A stretch of 64,000 nucleotides of DNA, taken from positions 5,822 to 69,821 of the forward strand of contig CAZLQL010000003.1 of assembly GCA_964561875.1 (NCBI GenBank), written 5' to 3'. Each line of letters begins with the position of its first letter. The first letter of the stretch is position 1. Source of the stretch: an uncultured Candidatus Saccharibacteria bacterium. GTDB taxonomy: Bacteria; Patescibacteriota; Minisyncoccia; Phycocordibacterales; PALSA-1337. Below are positions 50,464 through 60,211 of the stretch, piece after piece. Made by a program: the position numbers and the translations under genes. The notes under the pieces were generated by a model, which searched no databases, was not told the origin of the DNA, and saw nothing but the letters and a program-made list of their open reading frames with translations.

Positions 50464-51477
50464 ATGTTAATAGGAAAAGCATCACCAGAAGATACAAGTC
50501 TCCATCCCATAAAGTATAAATGGGCTTATGACCTGTACAATCAGGCAGTAAGAAATACTTGGTTTCCACATGAAATCACTCTAAAGGAAGATATGGATGA
50601 CTGGAAGAAAATGACTGAAGATGAAAGACATGCAGTTACATTTCTAATGGCATTCTTCAATCCAGCCGAGCTTATAGTAAATAGATCGATAGCACTTGGA
50701 ATATATCCATATCTAAAATCCCCAGAATGTCACTTGTATCTAGCAAAGCAAATGTGGGAAGAAGCAAATCACTGTGTTGCATTTGAATATGTGCTTGAGA
50801 CTTTTCCTTTCGATAGAGAAAAAATATACAACCTCCATCTAGAAGTCCCTTCAATGAAAGCAAAAGAGGACTATATAAATAAATACATGAAGAGAATGAC
50901 AAATGTCTCTCTTGATGTAAGTACTACAGAAGGAAAGAAAGATTTCATAAGAAATCTTGTTGCAACAAATATTGTGATGGAAGGAATATGGTTCTATTCA
51001 GGATTTATGGTTGCTCTATCATTCCGTCAGAGAAAGCAACTTAGAAATTTCGGTTCAATGATCAACTGGGTTTTGAGAGATGAAAGCCTCCATTTAAAGT
51101 TCGGTATGAATCTTATCCATAACATTCTTGAGGAAAATCAGGATCTCTTAACAGAAGATTTTGCAAATGAAATAAGAAACATAATCATAGAGGGTGTAGA
51201 CAAAGAGGTAGATTACAACATGGATCTTTTCCCAAATGGTATTCTTGGTCTAAATGCAGATTATGTAAATCAATACGTAAAATATGTTACAGATCGTCGT
51301 TTAGAGGAACTAGGTTTTCCTCCGCACTACAATGCAACAAATCCAGCAAAATGGATGTCTACAGCTACAGATGTATACGAATTAGTAAATTTCTTTGAAG
51401 CTCAAAATACTAGCTATGAAGTAGATGTAAGGGCACACTCAGAAAAGAAAGAAGAAAAGAAGGAGGCAGGGGAGTAG
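50464..51477 (+). CDS. nrdB: Ribonucleotide reductase beta subunit, class Ic (Mn/Fe)-type
   Basis: W.P.EI, FFNPAE, WEEANHCVAF, EG.WFYSGF, RDESLH, NFFE....Y. Confidence 0.93.
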   Translation: MLIGKASPEDTSLHPIKYKWAYDLYNQAVRNTWFPHEITLKEDMDDWKKMTEDERHAVTFLMAFFNPAELIVNRSIALGIYPYLKSPECHLYLAKQMWEEANHCVAFEYVLETFPFDREKIYNLHLEVPSMKAKEDYINKYMKRMTNVSLDVSTTEGKKDFIRNLVATNIVMEGIWFYSGFMVALSFRQRKQLRNFGSMINWVLRDESLHLKFGMNLIHNILEENQDLLTEDFANEIRNIIIEGVDKEVDYNMDLFPNGILGLNADYVNQYVKYVTDRRLEELGFPPHYNATNPAKWMSTATDVYELVNFFEAQNTSYEVDVRAHSEKKEEKKEAGE

Positions 51478-51541
51478 GTTAAAAACAGTCAGTTTGTTAT
51501 ATACAACAAAATAATATTTAGGAAGAAATAACTATACCTAT

Positions 51542-51571
51542 TTGCCATTTTATATTTATATATGGTATAAT
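51542..51571 (+). promoter_or_regulatory. rnpB promoter
   Basis: TTGCCA-18-TATAAT with extended TG. Confidence 0.75.
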
Positions 51572-51576
51572 TATTG

Positions 51577-51914
51577 TGTACCAGACAGTTGCTGTGATAT
51601 GAAAATATCATAGAGGAAAGTCCGAACATCGGTCTATTTATTTAGACAGCAAGGTAGCGGGTAACGCCCGTCAGTCGAAGGACTAGAGGTGCGAACAGAG
51701 ACGTCTTTATTGGAAACGATAAAGAAACCCTTAGGGGTTAGCTTGTATAGAAATATACGAGGTGCAACGGCAAAATCCTTACCCCGATGCAAGGCCGTGC
51801 TTGTAAATAGTAAAATATTTATAAGAGTGCCGCTTGAGGTTAACTGCAAAGTTAATCCCAGATAAATGACTGTCGTTCGTCTTTGGCGAATACAGAATTC
51901 GGCTTACAGGTACA
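51577..51914 (+). ncRNA. rnpB: RNase P RNA
   Basis: GAGGAAAGTCCG, GCAAGGC, AGATAAATGAC, ACAGAATTCGGCTTA conserved regions; P1 TGTACC/GGTACA. Confidence 0.95.
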
Positions 51915-51916
51915 AT

Positions 51917-51951
51917 ATGAAAAAACTCTCCTTAGCGGTGAGTTTTTTCAT
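51917..51951 (+). terminator. rnpB terminator
   Basis: ATGAAAAAACTC...GAGTTTTTTCAT inverted repeat. Confidence 0.8.
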
Positions 51952-52024
51952 TTATATAAATACCTATTTTTATACATATGTTTTTGATATAATATTATCT
52001 GTTATTAATATAGTAAAAATAGAA

Positions 52025-54457
52025 ATGAATCCAACAACAAAGAGTGCATTATTAGAAAAGATAGAATCATTGGCGATATATGCGGGCGTACTTCTAGCAA
52101 TAGTAGGTTTTATACCAACAAATATAATACCTTTTGATACTGCAAAGACTGTATTTATCGCTGGATCAGTATTACTAGCTATATTTGCTTGCATTGTAAA
52201 ATCAATCAAAAGTAATTCATTTACTATACCTACTGGTCCTATAGCTTATACAAGCTATTTGATCATACTGTCTGCAATAGCTTCATCGATACTTAGTAAA
52301 AATTTTGTAAAATCATTCTTTGGACAAGGATTTGAAATGTATACTGGTAGTTTCCTCATCATAATGGTTCTTGGAATGATATTTTCCATAAGATTTTTCG
52401 ACAATCAAGATAAAAAAGTATTCAATGTATTTGCCATAATATCTCTAGCATATATATTTGTATTTCTTTATCAGATAATGAAGGTATTTGGCGGAGACAC
52501 ATTCTTTACTATGGGTGTATTCAATAGTGCTACATCAAGTATTGTTGGAAAATGGTATGACTTCTCTATTTTTTCTCTTGTAGCATCACTTCTATCTATA
52601 TTTGCTATAAAGTTCTTACCAATAAAAGGTAAGGTTAGAATAGGGTTTTTCATTCTATTTGTAATATCTTTAATATCTCTTCTTATAACAAATTTCTCAA
52701 TATCTTGGTGTGTGCTATCTATCGTAAGTTTACTACTTGGAATATATGAATTTACTTCAAATAAAGTTAAATCAGATGGTAGTTCACAAACAGTAAAATT
52801 AAAGAGATACTCATTATTTACAATAGTAATATTTGTAGTATCTGTTCTAGGATATTGGCAACATGATTTTATAGGTAAGACAGTTTATAAAGTATTTAAG
52901 TTAAACAATATAGAGTTAGTTTTGCCATGGCAGTACACTCTAGATGTTGCCACGGGAACAATTAAAGAGTCACCTTTATTTGGTTCTGGTCCGAATAGAT
53001 TCTCATATGAATTTCTAAAATATAAACCAAACACAATAAACAATACTCCTTTCTGGTCAGTAGAATTTGTAAATGGGGTTGGTGTACTACCTACTTTATT
53101 TATAAATCTAGGTTTAGTTGGTAGTATTTTGTGGATAGTTTTCTTGGTTCTATTTGTGAGATTGGGTATATTAACATTAAAAAATAAAAATGAAGGATTT
53201 AAGAAATATACTATAGTATCTTCATTCTTTATATCGTTGTCTCTTTGGATGGTTATGTTTGCATACAATCCATCACATGCATTATATTTCCTAACTTTCG
53301 TATTTACAGGTATATTCTTTTCAACAGCATTAAATTCAAATCTGATTAGATTAAAAGAATACAATCTAGGTAAGCAGTCATTCATAAGCAAAGTAATGTG
53401 GTTGGTGCCATTTGTTGGAGTATTAGCTGTAGTTGTGTGGGGTCTAATATATGTAAAAAAAGTTATAGCAATTACTTATTTCCAAATGGGTATTAAAGAA
53501 ATATCTACCGGTAAATCAGTAGATAATGCTGAAAAGTATTTTACATCATCAAACAAATGGGATACTTACGATGTTTATTATCAAGCTCTTTCTGAAGTAT
53601 CAATATTGAAAATAAATAACTTTACTCAAGAGTTTAATGCAAAGCAGGTTAAGCCTACAGAAAAGGAAGTGGGTGCTGTATCAACAATGATAAATAATGG
53701 AATAGATAATTCTAAGAAAGCTATAGAGTTTGATACAACAAATTATTACAATTATACTTCTTTAGCTAGAGTTGCTGATGTTGCTTCTTCACTAAAGGTT
53801 GCAAATGCTTATGAAAATTCAAGAGGAGGATATATTGAAGCATTAAAATACAATCCAGCTAACCCAGCTATATACCTTTCATTAGCAAAATTGGATGCAG
53901 TAAATGGAAAGATAGATGAAGCAAAACAAAATATCCAAAGATCACTTATTTTGAAACAGGATTATACAGACGCAGTGTTCTTATTGTCTCAGATTCAGAC
54001 TCAAAATGGAGAAATAGCAAATGCAATAGAATCTACAAAGGTTGCAACACAGATTGAACCATCAAACTCAGTATTATTCTTCCAACTTGGAATATTGTAT
54101 TACAATAATAAAGACTATAAGAATGCTTCAGAAGCTCTAAATAAAGCAGTATCATTGAATGGTCAGTATGCAAATGCTAGATATTTCCTTGGTCTAGCTT
54201 ACGCAAGGTTGAATGATGATAAAAATGCCATAACTCAGTTTGAAGAGTTGGTAAAAACAAATCCTGATAACCAAGAAGTAGCACTTATTCTATCGAATCT
54301 AAAACTCGGTAAGTCACCATTTAGTGATGCAAAACCACCTATAGATAGTAAACCAGAGAAGAGAAGTAAACTTCCTGTTGTAGAGAAGTCAAATGCATCA
54401 TCTGGGACAAATAGTGGAACAGGCTCAAATACAACAAAAGCAAAATCTGCAAACTAG
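52025..54457 (+). CDS. O-antigen-ligase-like multi-TM protein with C-terminal TPRs
   Basis: Many TMs, PLFGSGPNRF, GLVG, TPRs (FQLGILYY, ANARYFLGL); real start 52025 since the upstream extension overlaps rnpB. Confidence 0.82.
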   Translation: MNPTTKSALLEKIESLAIYAGVLLAIVGFIPTNIIPFDTAKTVFIAGSVLLAIFACIVKSIKSNSFTIPTGPIAYTSYLIILSAIASSILSKNFVKSFFGQGFEMYTGSFLIIMVLGMIFSIRFFDNQDKKVFNVFAIISLAYIFVFLYQIMKVFGGDTFFTMGVFNSATSSIVGKWYDFSIFSLVASLLSIFAIKFLPIKGKVRIGFFILFVISLISLLITNFSISWCVLSIVSLLLGIYEFTSNKVKSDGSSQTVKLKRYSLFTIVIFVVSVLGYWQHDFIGKTVYKVFKLNNIELVLPWQYTLDVATGTIKESPLFGSGPNRFSYEFLKYKPNTINNTPFWSVEFVNGVGVLPTLFINLGLVGSILWIVFLVLFVRLGILTLKNKNEGFKKYTIVSSFFISLSLWMVMFAYNPSHALYFLTFVFTGIFFSTALNSNLIRLKEYNLGKQSFISKVMWLVPFVGVLAVVVWGLIYVKKVIAITYFQMGIKEISTGKSVDNAEKYFTSSNKWDTYDVYYQALSEVSILKINNFTQEFNAKQVKPTEKEVGAVSTMINNGIDNSKKAIEFDTTNYYNYTSLARVADVASSLKVANAYENSRGGYIEALKYNPANPAIYLSLAKLDAVNGKIDEAKQNIQRSLILKQDYTDAVFLLSQIQTQNGEIANAIESTKVATQIEPSNSVLFFQLGILYYNNKDYKNASEALNKAVSLNGQYANARYFLGLAYARLNDDKNAITQFEELVKTNPDNQEVALILSNLKLGKSPFSDAKPPIDSKPEKRSKLPVVEKSNASSGTNSGTGSNTTKAKSAN

Positions 54458-54463
54458 TAGTGT

Positions 54464-56143
54464 ATGGTAAAAAAGATATTTAGTTTCTTAAGTAAAGAAG
54501 TTTCTGATTTGCATGAAGCTGCATATCTTTTGGCTTTTTTTACTTTTGCTTCTCAAATCTTAGCTATCGTTAGAGATAAATTACTAGCATATCACTTCGG
54601 TGCTGGCATTGAACTAGATATATATTATGCAGCATTTAGAATACCTGATCTTATATTTGTTTCGATCGGTTCTATAGTGTCAGTATCAGTTCTATTACCA
54701 TTTATAACTGAAGCCTATGCAGAAGGTAAGGAAAAAGGAAGAAAGTTTACTGACAGTATCTTTTCAGTATTCTTTTTTTCTCTAATTATAACTAGCATAA
54801 TAGTTATTATATTCACAAATCCCTTATTAAAAATTCTTTTACCAGGATTAAAGGATAGTGTTAGATTTGATGATTTGGTAGCAATGACCAGAATATTACT
54901 TTTATCACCAATTTTTCTTGGTATATCGAACTTTATATCAAACATTACACAAATGCATAAACGATTCTTAGTTTATGCACTTAGTCCTATTATGTACAAT
55001 ATGGGAATAATATTTGGAATATTATTTCTTTTCCCAAAGTTTGGTTTGTACGGTTTATCATTCGGTGTAATCATAGGAGCATTTGTGCATATGTTTATAC
55101 AACTACCATTTATTCTCGGAAGAGGTATTTCACCTAGATTAACAATAAATATAGATTGGCAACAAGTTAAAAAGGTGTTGCTGGTATCACTACCTAGAAC
55201 TTTAGCTTTATCATCTAGTCAGCTTACTTCATTCTTTTTGATATCACTTGCTTCACTTATGAGTGGAGGTGCAATATCAATATTTAATCTAGCCTTAAAC
55301 CTTCAGTCTGTACCGCTAGCAATTGTAGGGGTTAGTTATTCTTCTGCAATATTTCCTGCATTATCAAAATACTTTGTTGATGGAGAGAAAGATAAATTCA
55401 TATCAAAAGTTATAGAATCAGGAAGACATATTATATTCTGGTCTGTACCAATCACAATACTTTTTATTGTTTTAAGAGCACAGATAGTCAGAACAATATT
55501 TGGTGCAGGAAACTTTGACTGGTCAGACACTAGGTTGACTGCAGCTGCACTTGCTCTATTTGTTATATCAGTTTCAGCACAAAGCTTAATACTATTATTT
55601 ATGAGGGCTTGTTATGCTAGAGGCAAGACTAGAATGCCTCTACTTGTAAATGTATTTTCTTCTTTGGTAATTGTTATTCTCGCATATTTCTTGAGTCATA
55701 TATTCAAATCAGTCCCAGTTTTTGCATATTTTATAGAAGATATGTTCAAAGTGAGTGGCGAGATCGGTACTATCATATTAGTATTACCACTTTCATATAC
55801 TATAGGAAATATCATAAATCTTGTAATTTATTGGTATATTTATGAAAAAGATTATCCAGGTCTATCGAGATCTATACTCCCATCTTTCTATCAGATTTTT
55901 GCAGGATCTGTGATTATGGGGTATGTTACATTTATATCCCTAAGGTTCTTTAATGTCTATTTTCCATTAACAAAGGTCTGGGGAGTGTTTTTACAGGGCT
56001 TTTGTGCTGGTATAGTCGGTATATTGTCACTTATAATCATTTTGCGTATATTGAACAATAAGGAGTTAAAGGAGGTTTGGGAAACCCTACATCATAAGAT
56101 ATGGAAAGCAAAAGTTGTTATTCCAGAACAAGATAGTCTGTAG
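54464..56143 (+). CDS. murJ: Lipid II flippase MurJ
   Basis: RD.LLAY.FGAG..LDIYYAAFRIPD, P..YN.GII, FPALS. Confidence 0.92.
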   Translation: MVKKIFSFLSKEVSDLHEAAYLLAFFTFASQILAIVRDKLLAYHFGAGIELDIYYAAFRIPDLIFVSIGSIVSVSVLLPFITEAYAEGKEKGRKFTDSIFSVFFFSLIITSIIVIIFTNPLLKILLPGLKDSVRFDDLVAMTRILLLSPIFLGISNFISNITQMHKRFLVYALSPIMYNMGIIFGILFLFPKFGLYGLSFGVIIGAFVHMFIQLPFILGRGISPRLTINIDWQQVKKVLLVSLPRTLALSSSQLTSFFLISLASLMSGGAISIFNLALNLQSVPLAIVGVSYSSAIFPALSKYFVDGEKDKFISKVIESGRHIIFWSVPITILFIVLRAQIVRTIFGAGNFDWSDTRLTAAALALFVISVSAQSLILLFMRACYARGKTRMPLLVNVFSSLVIVILAYFLSHIFKSVPVFAYFIEDMFKVSGEIGTIILVLPLSYTIGNIINLVIYWYIYEKDYPGLSRSILPSFYQIFAGSVIMGYVTFISLRFFNVYFPLTKVWGVFLQGFCAGIVGILSLIIILRILNNKELKEVWETLHHKIWKAKVVIPEQDSL

Positions 56144-56157
56144 GATTGTGTGTATTT

Positions 56158-57951
56158 ATGAATAATAAAACTAATATAAATTTAATAAGAAACTTTTCAA
56201 TTATTGCCCATATAGATCATGGTAAGTCTACTCTTGCTGATAGAATGCTAGAACTTACAGGGACAATAGAGAAGAGAAAGATGCAAGAACAAGTACTAGA
56301 TAGTATGGAACTTGAACGTGAAAGAGGTATTACTATCAAGATGCAACCAGTAAGGATGAAATTCGGCGAATATATTTTAAATCTTATAGACACTCCAGGA
56401 CATATAGATTTTTCTTATGAAGTTTCAAGAGCACTAAAAGCTGTAGAAGGATCTATACTTCTGGTAGATGCAACACAAGGCGTTCAGGCTCAAACACTTA
56501 CTACATTGAATATGGCGATAGAGTCAGGTCTAGTGATCATACCTGTAGTATCAAAAATCGATTCTCCTTTAGCTAGAATAGATGATGTTGTAAAAGAAGT
56601 TTGTGAATTACTTAAGTGTGATGAAAGTGAAATATTAAAGGTTTCTGGAAAAACAGGAGAGGGAGTTACAAACTTACTTTCAGAAATTGTAAAAAGAGTA
56701 CCACCACCAAAACCTATAAATGATAGTAATAATTTTAAATCACTAGTTTTTGATTTTCAGTATTCAAACCATAAAGGAGTAATAGTTTATGTGAGAGTGA
56801 TGAATGGTAGTGTAAGTCGTCATGACAATCTATTATTCAAGGTAAGCAAAGAGAAATTTCAATCACTCGAAGTTGGAATATTCTCGCCGGATGATATACC
56901 TACAGAGTCATTATCTGCAGGAGAAATAGGATATATAGTAACTGGTATAAAGGAGCCTGGAATAGCATCAGTGGGAGATACTGTATCTTCAGCAAATGAT
57001 ACAGATACACCTTTGCCAGGTTATATGAGCCCTAGACCAGTAGTTTGGGCTTCTATATACCCAGAGAGTCAGGATGACTTCAATTCCTTAAGACAAGCCC
57101 TAGGTAGACTTAGACTATCTGATTCGTCTTTTACTTATGAAGAAGAATCTTCAGGTACTTTGGGTAGAGGATTTAGATCAGGATTTTTGGGAATGTTACA
57201 TCTAGAAATAATCACAGAAAGATTGAGAAGAGAATTTAACCTTCAACTTGTAGTAACAATACCAAGTATCACATACAATGTTGAATTGAAAAATAATAAA
57301 ACTGTAACTGTATATTCACCTACATTTTTTCCTGAGGATAATGAAATAAAAAGAGTCTTAGAACCTCTTGTAAATATGAAAATCATATGTCCACCACAAT
57401 ATCTCGGTGCTATTATGCAATCTGTATTTGCACATGAAGGGGAAGTTTCCTCTACAGAAAACTTCGGTGAGAATAGAACATCACTCACACTTGTAATGCC
57501 TCTTAGAGAATTGATGAGGAATTTCTTTGATGAAATAAAGAGTATATCATCAGGTTTTGCTTCCATATCATATGAAATTGGAGAATATAGAGAAGCTAAT
57601 GTTGCTAGGATGGATATATTGGTAGCAGATGAAATAGTCCCAGCATTTTCGAGAGTTGTATCTAGATTAAGATTGGAAGAAGAAGCAAAAGCTTCTGTTG
57701 AGAAATTGCATAAGATCTTACCAAGACAGATGTTTACCATGAAGATTCAAGCAAAGTCTTTGGGTAGAATAATATCATCAGAAACATTGTCAGGAATGAA
57801 AAAGGACGTGACTCAACATATGTATGGTGGTGATAGAACAAGAAAGATGAAACTATGGGAAAAACAAAAAGAAGGAAAAAAGAAAATGAAAGAAATAGGT
57901 AAGGTAAATATTCCACAAGATGTGTTTATAAAAATGATGAGAGCAGATTAA
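56158..57951 (+). CDS. lepA: Elongation factor 4
   Basis: RNFSIIAHIDHGKSTLADR, DTPGH, GFLGMLHLEI, YGGD.TRK.KL.EKQKEGKKKMK. Confidence 0.98.
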   Translation: MNNKTNINLIRNFSIIAHIDHGKSTLADRMLELTGTIEKRKMQEQVLDSMELERERGITIKMQPVRMKFGEYILNLIDTPGHIDFSYEVSRALKAVEGSILLVDATQGVQAQTLTTLNMAIESGLVIIPVVSKIDSPLARIDDVVKEVCELLKCDESEILKVSGKTGEGVTNLLSEIVKRVPPPKPINDSNNFKSLVFDFQYSNHKGVIVYVRVMNGSVSRHDNLLFKVSKEKFQSLEVGIFSPDDIPTESLSAGEIGYIVTGIKEPGIASVGDTVSSANDTDTPLPGYMSPRPVVWASIYPESQDDFNSLRQALGRLRLSDSSFTYEEESSGTLGRGFRSGFLGMLHLEIITERLRREFNLQLVVTIPSITYNVELKNNKTVTVYSPTFFPEDNEIKRVLEPLVNMKIICPPQYLGAIMQSVFAHEGEVSSTENFGENRTSLTLVMPLRELMRNFFDEIKSISSGFASISYEIGEYREANVARMDILVADEIVPAFSRVVSRLRLEEEAKASVEKLHKILPRQMFTMKIQAKSLGRIISSETLSGMKKDVTQHMYGGDRTRKMKLWEKQKEGKKKMKEIGKVNIPQDVFIKMMRAD

Positions 57952-58008
57952 TATAAGAGATTATATCATCTCTCTTATTAAATAAGATTTTGTATATTGT
58001 GCAAATGT

Positions 58009-58116
58009 TTATACAAGTGCAGAAAGGCTGAATGCCACCATGCTAAGTGTAACCAAAATAGCTACAACTATCATGATATATCTAAGGTATTTCTGTGATT
58101 TTTCGTGGAATAACAT
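58009..58116 (-). CDS. 35-aa single-TM microprotein MLFHEKSQKYLRYIMIVVAILVTLSMVAFSLSALV (DUF4044/Prli42-like shape)
   Basis: ATG-TAA ORF filling the lepA-ftsB gap, below the ORF-track cutoff; basic N-terminus plus hydrophobic helix. Confidence 0.65.
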   Translation of the reverse strand: MLFHEKSQKYLRYIMIVVAILVTLSMVAFSLSALV

Positions 58117-58154
58117 ATGTAAATAGTAGTATACTATATGATGATTATATTTCA

Positions 58155-58547
58155 ATGATTGAATATCAAAAGAAAAAGAAAATAGGAAATTTCATGTATT
58201 CACCAATATCTCTTTTGGTGCTGTTCATTATATTTATAATAATCCTCAGGTCTGTTTTTAATGTTTATTCAAAAGAGAAAATAAGTAAACTAAATTTAGA
58301 AAAAGAAAAGATTGAGTATGAGAAGATGAATTCAAGAAAAGATAATTTATTAAATTCTATAGATTATTTAAAAACTGATGATGGTATAGAATCAGAAATA
58401 AGAAATAAATTTAGACTTGTAAAAGAAGGTGAGTCTGTAACAGTTATTGTAAACGATAATTCCATGTCTAGTATAAGTATTGGTACAAGTACAAAAGTTC
58501 AATCAAAAAGCCTTTTAAGTAGTATATTTGAATGGTTTTCAAAATAA
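58155..58547 (+). CDS. Septum formation initiator FtsB/DivIC-like
   Basis: TM, coiled coil, L.T..G.E.EIR.KF.LVK.GE. Confidence 0.8.
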   Translation: MIEYQKKKKIGNFMYSPISLLVLFIIFIIILRSVFNVYSKEKISKLNLEKEKIEYEKMNSRKDNLLNSIDYLKTDDGIESEIRNKFRLVKEGESVTVIVNDNSMSSISIGTSTKVQSKSLLSSIFEWFSK

Positions 58548-58596
58548 AATTTTCTATTGTGCTATAATAATCAGACTTAAAATTTAATTTAAATAT

Positions 58597-58833
58597 ATGA
58601 AAGATATAAAAATATATTCAACACCCACATGTCATTTTTGTAAGCTAGCAAAAGAATTTATGCAAGCACACGGTATCAAGTATACAGAATACAATGTCGC
58701 TACAGATCTAGAGAAAAGAAAAGAAATGGTTGAAAAGTCAGGACAAATGGGTGTTCCAGTTATAGATATAGATGGGGAAGTTACAGTTGGTTTTGATGAA
58801 CAAGAATTTGCAAAAGCTGTTGGTGTAAACTAG
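58597..58833 (+). CDS. Glutaredoxin-like (NrdH/YruB) protein
   Basis: YSTPTCHFC, SGQMGVPVI, GFD. Confidence 0.92.
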   Translation: MKDIKIYSTPTCHFCKLAKEFMQAHGIKYTEYNVATDLEKRKEMVEKSGQMGVPVIDIDGEVTVGFDEQEFAKAVGVN

Positions 58834-58841
58834 TAATATAA

Positions 58842-59501
58842 ATAACTTCAAACTATTTATTAAACACAAAGCAGATAAATGAAATAATTAGCCTAAGAAA
58901 AAAAGGTTACTCTTTAACTGAAATTAGACGAATTACAAATAGATCAGTTGGTACAATATTGAAATATATAAGAAATATAAAAATCAGTAAAAAGTATAAG
59001 GATATACTTAGATCAAAACAAGGTGGTAGTAGATTGAAGTCAATAAAAGAATGGGATATAGCAAGAAAAAAAGCTGATTTATTGGTTGGTAATATGTCGA
59101 TAAGTAATATTATAATGTTGACGGTAGGTCTGTATTGGGGTGAGGGTACAAAAAGTCAATTTAATCTTATAAATGGTGATCCGTATTTAATAAAAATATT
59201 TATTAGAGGTTTATATTTAATTGGAGTTCCTAAAAATAGAATTAAATTTAGCCTTAGAATATATCAAGGTATGGATGAAAACTTATTAAAAGATTTCTGG
59301 CAAAACTTTTTAGAAATTAAAAAAGAGCAATTTAGAAATTCGGAGTTTATATATGGAAATACTAATAATAAATTAAGGTATGGAATGTGTAGAGTTACTA
59401 TCATTAAACCAGCAGAGTATTTCAAACTTCTGATGAGTGTGATACATTCTATTAAACAGATAAGTCATCATAGTTCAATGGATAGAACGAGGGACTCCTA
59501 A
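58842..59501 (+). CDS. HTH plus LAGLIDADG-like homing-endonuclease-family protein overlapping tRNA-Arg
   Basis: Frame is open from ATA 58842 and includes HTH LRKKGYSLTEI; GLYWGEG, NGDP.LI..F, YG.C motifs; first canonical start is TTG 58959. Confidence 0.7.
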   Translation: MTSNYLLNTKQINEIISLRKKGYSLTEIRRITNRSVGTILKYIRNIKISKKYKDILRSKQGGSRLKSIKEWDIARKKADLLVGNMSISNIIMLTVGLYWGEGTKSQFNLINGDPYLIKIFIRGLYLIGVPKNRIKFSLRIYQGMDENLLKDFWQNFLEIKKEQFRNSEFIYGNTNNKLRYGMCRVTIIKPAEYFKLLMSVIHSIKQISHHSSMDRTRDS

Positions 59502-59535
59502 GCCCTAAATGCAGGTTCGATTCCTGCTGGTGACA
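59464..59535 (+). tRNA. tRNA-Arg(CCT), CCA not encoded
   Basis: GTCATCA/TGGTGAC acceptor, D-arm TAGTTCAATGGATAGAAC, loop CTCCTAA, T-arm GCAGGTTCGATTCCTGC. Confidence 0.92.
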
Positions 59536-59571
59536 CTAATTTATGAGCAGTAAATATGTTATAATATTTTT

Positions 59572-59859
59572 ATGACACCAGAAGAAAAAGAGCTTTTAGA
59601 AAGGACATATAAGTTAGTAGAAGAAAATAACTCGATACTAATCTCTATAAGAAGAGGTAATAGGATAAGTACGGCAATGAGGGTTATTTATTGGCTTGTA
59701 ATACTAGGTTTTTCATTCGGAGCATACTATCTCATACAACCATATTTAAATTTCTTAACAGGAATTACAGGTATTGGTAACGATAAGGTTCAATCTATTC
59801 AGGGCATACCTGGGTCATTAAGTAGTTTTCAAAACGGCCTGCAAGATTTACTAAAATAG
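59572..59859 (+). CDS. Small membrane protein, unknown function
   Basis: Coiled coil (LVEENN.IL), single TM, YY.IQPYL. Confidence 0.75.
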   Translation: MTPEEKELLERTYKLVEENNSILISIRRGNRISTAMRVIYWLVILGFSFGAYYLIQPYLNFLTGITGIGNDKVQSIQGIPGSLSSFQNGLQDLLK

Positions 59860-59934
59860 GGTATTAAATAAACACTACTATATTTACTTGCTCTAATTCC
59901 TAAAAAAGTTTAGACTATTTAAATCTGTTTGAAT

Positions 59935-60020
59935 GCCAAGGTAGATGACTTGGTAGACAAGCGAGTAAAATTTAATATGCCAAGGTAGCTGTTTTGGTAG
60001 ACAGCGACCAAGTAGAATAT
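59935..60020 (+). repeat. Two degenerate tandem copies of the tRNA-Phe 5' end
   Basis: GCCAAGGTAG...TTGGTAGA at 59935 and 59979, then the true tRNA at 60021 (periods 44 and 42 nt). Confidence 0.85.
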
Positions 60021-60096
60021 GCCAAGGTAGCTCAGTTGGTAGAGCGCTCCCCTGAAGAGGGATAGGTCACCAGTTCGATCCTGGTCCTTGGCACCA
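60021..60096 (+). tRNA. tRNA-Phe(GAA), CCA encoded
   Basis: GCCAAGG/CCTTGGC-ACCA acceptor, loop CTGAAGA, T-arm ACCAGTTCGATCCTGGT. Confidence 0.95.
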
Positions 60097-60211
60097 ATTT
60101 TGGTGGTTCAAATATCTCATATATTTTGATTAAAATACTTGTATGCGTAGGTAATTTACTTTTACACATACAGTAGTATAATTACTGTGATTTATTAATA
60201 TTTTAAATTTT

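Noticed and set aside
51866-52024. N-terminal extension of the TPR membrane protein, and ORF 51634-51849
   Set aside because: They overlap RNase P RNA and its terminator; the real start is 52025
469-57916. Many 60-170 aa antisense ORFs inside long genes (e.g. 469-813, 12498-12887, 35501-35974, 52885-53391, 57243-57740)
   Set aside because: They lie entirely opposite well-supported genes and have no motifs
59935-60050. Possible mini CRISPR array
   Set aside because: Only three degenerate units, the third is the tRNA itself, spacers are too short and there are no cas genes
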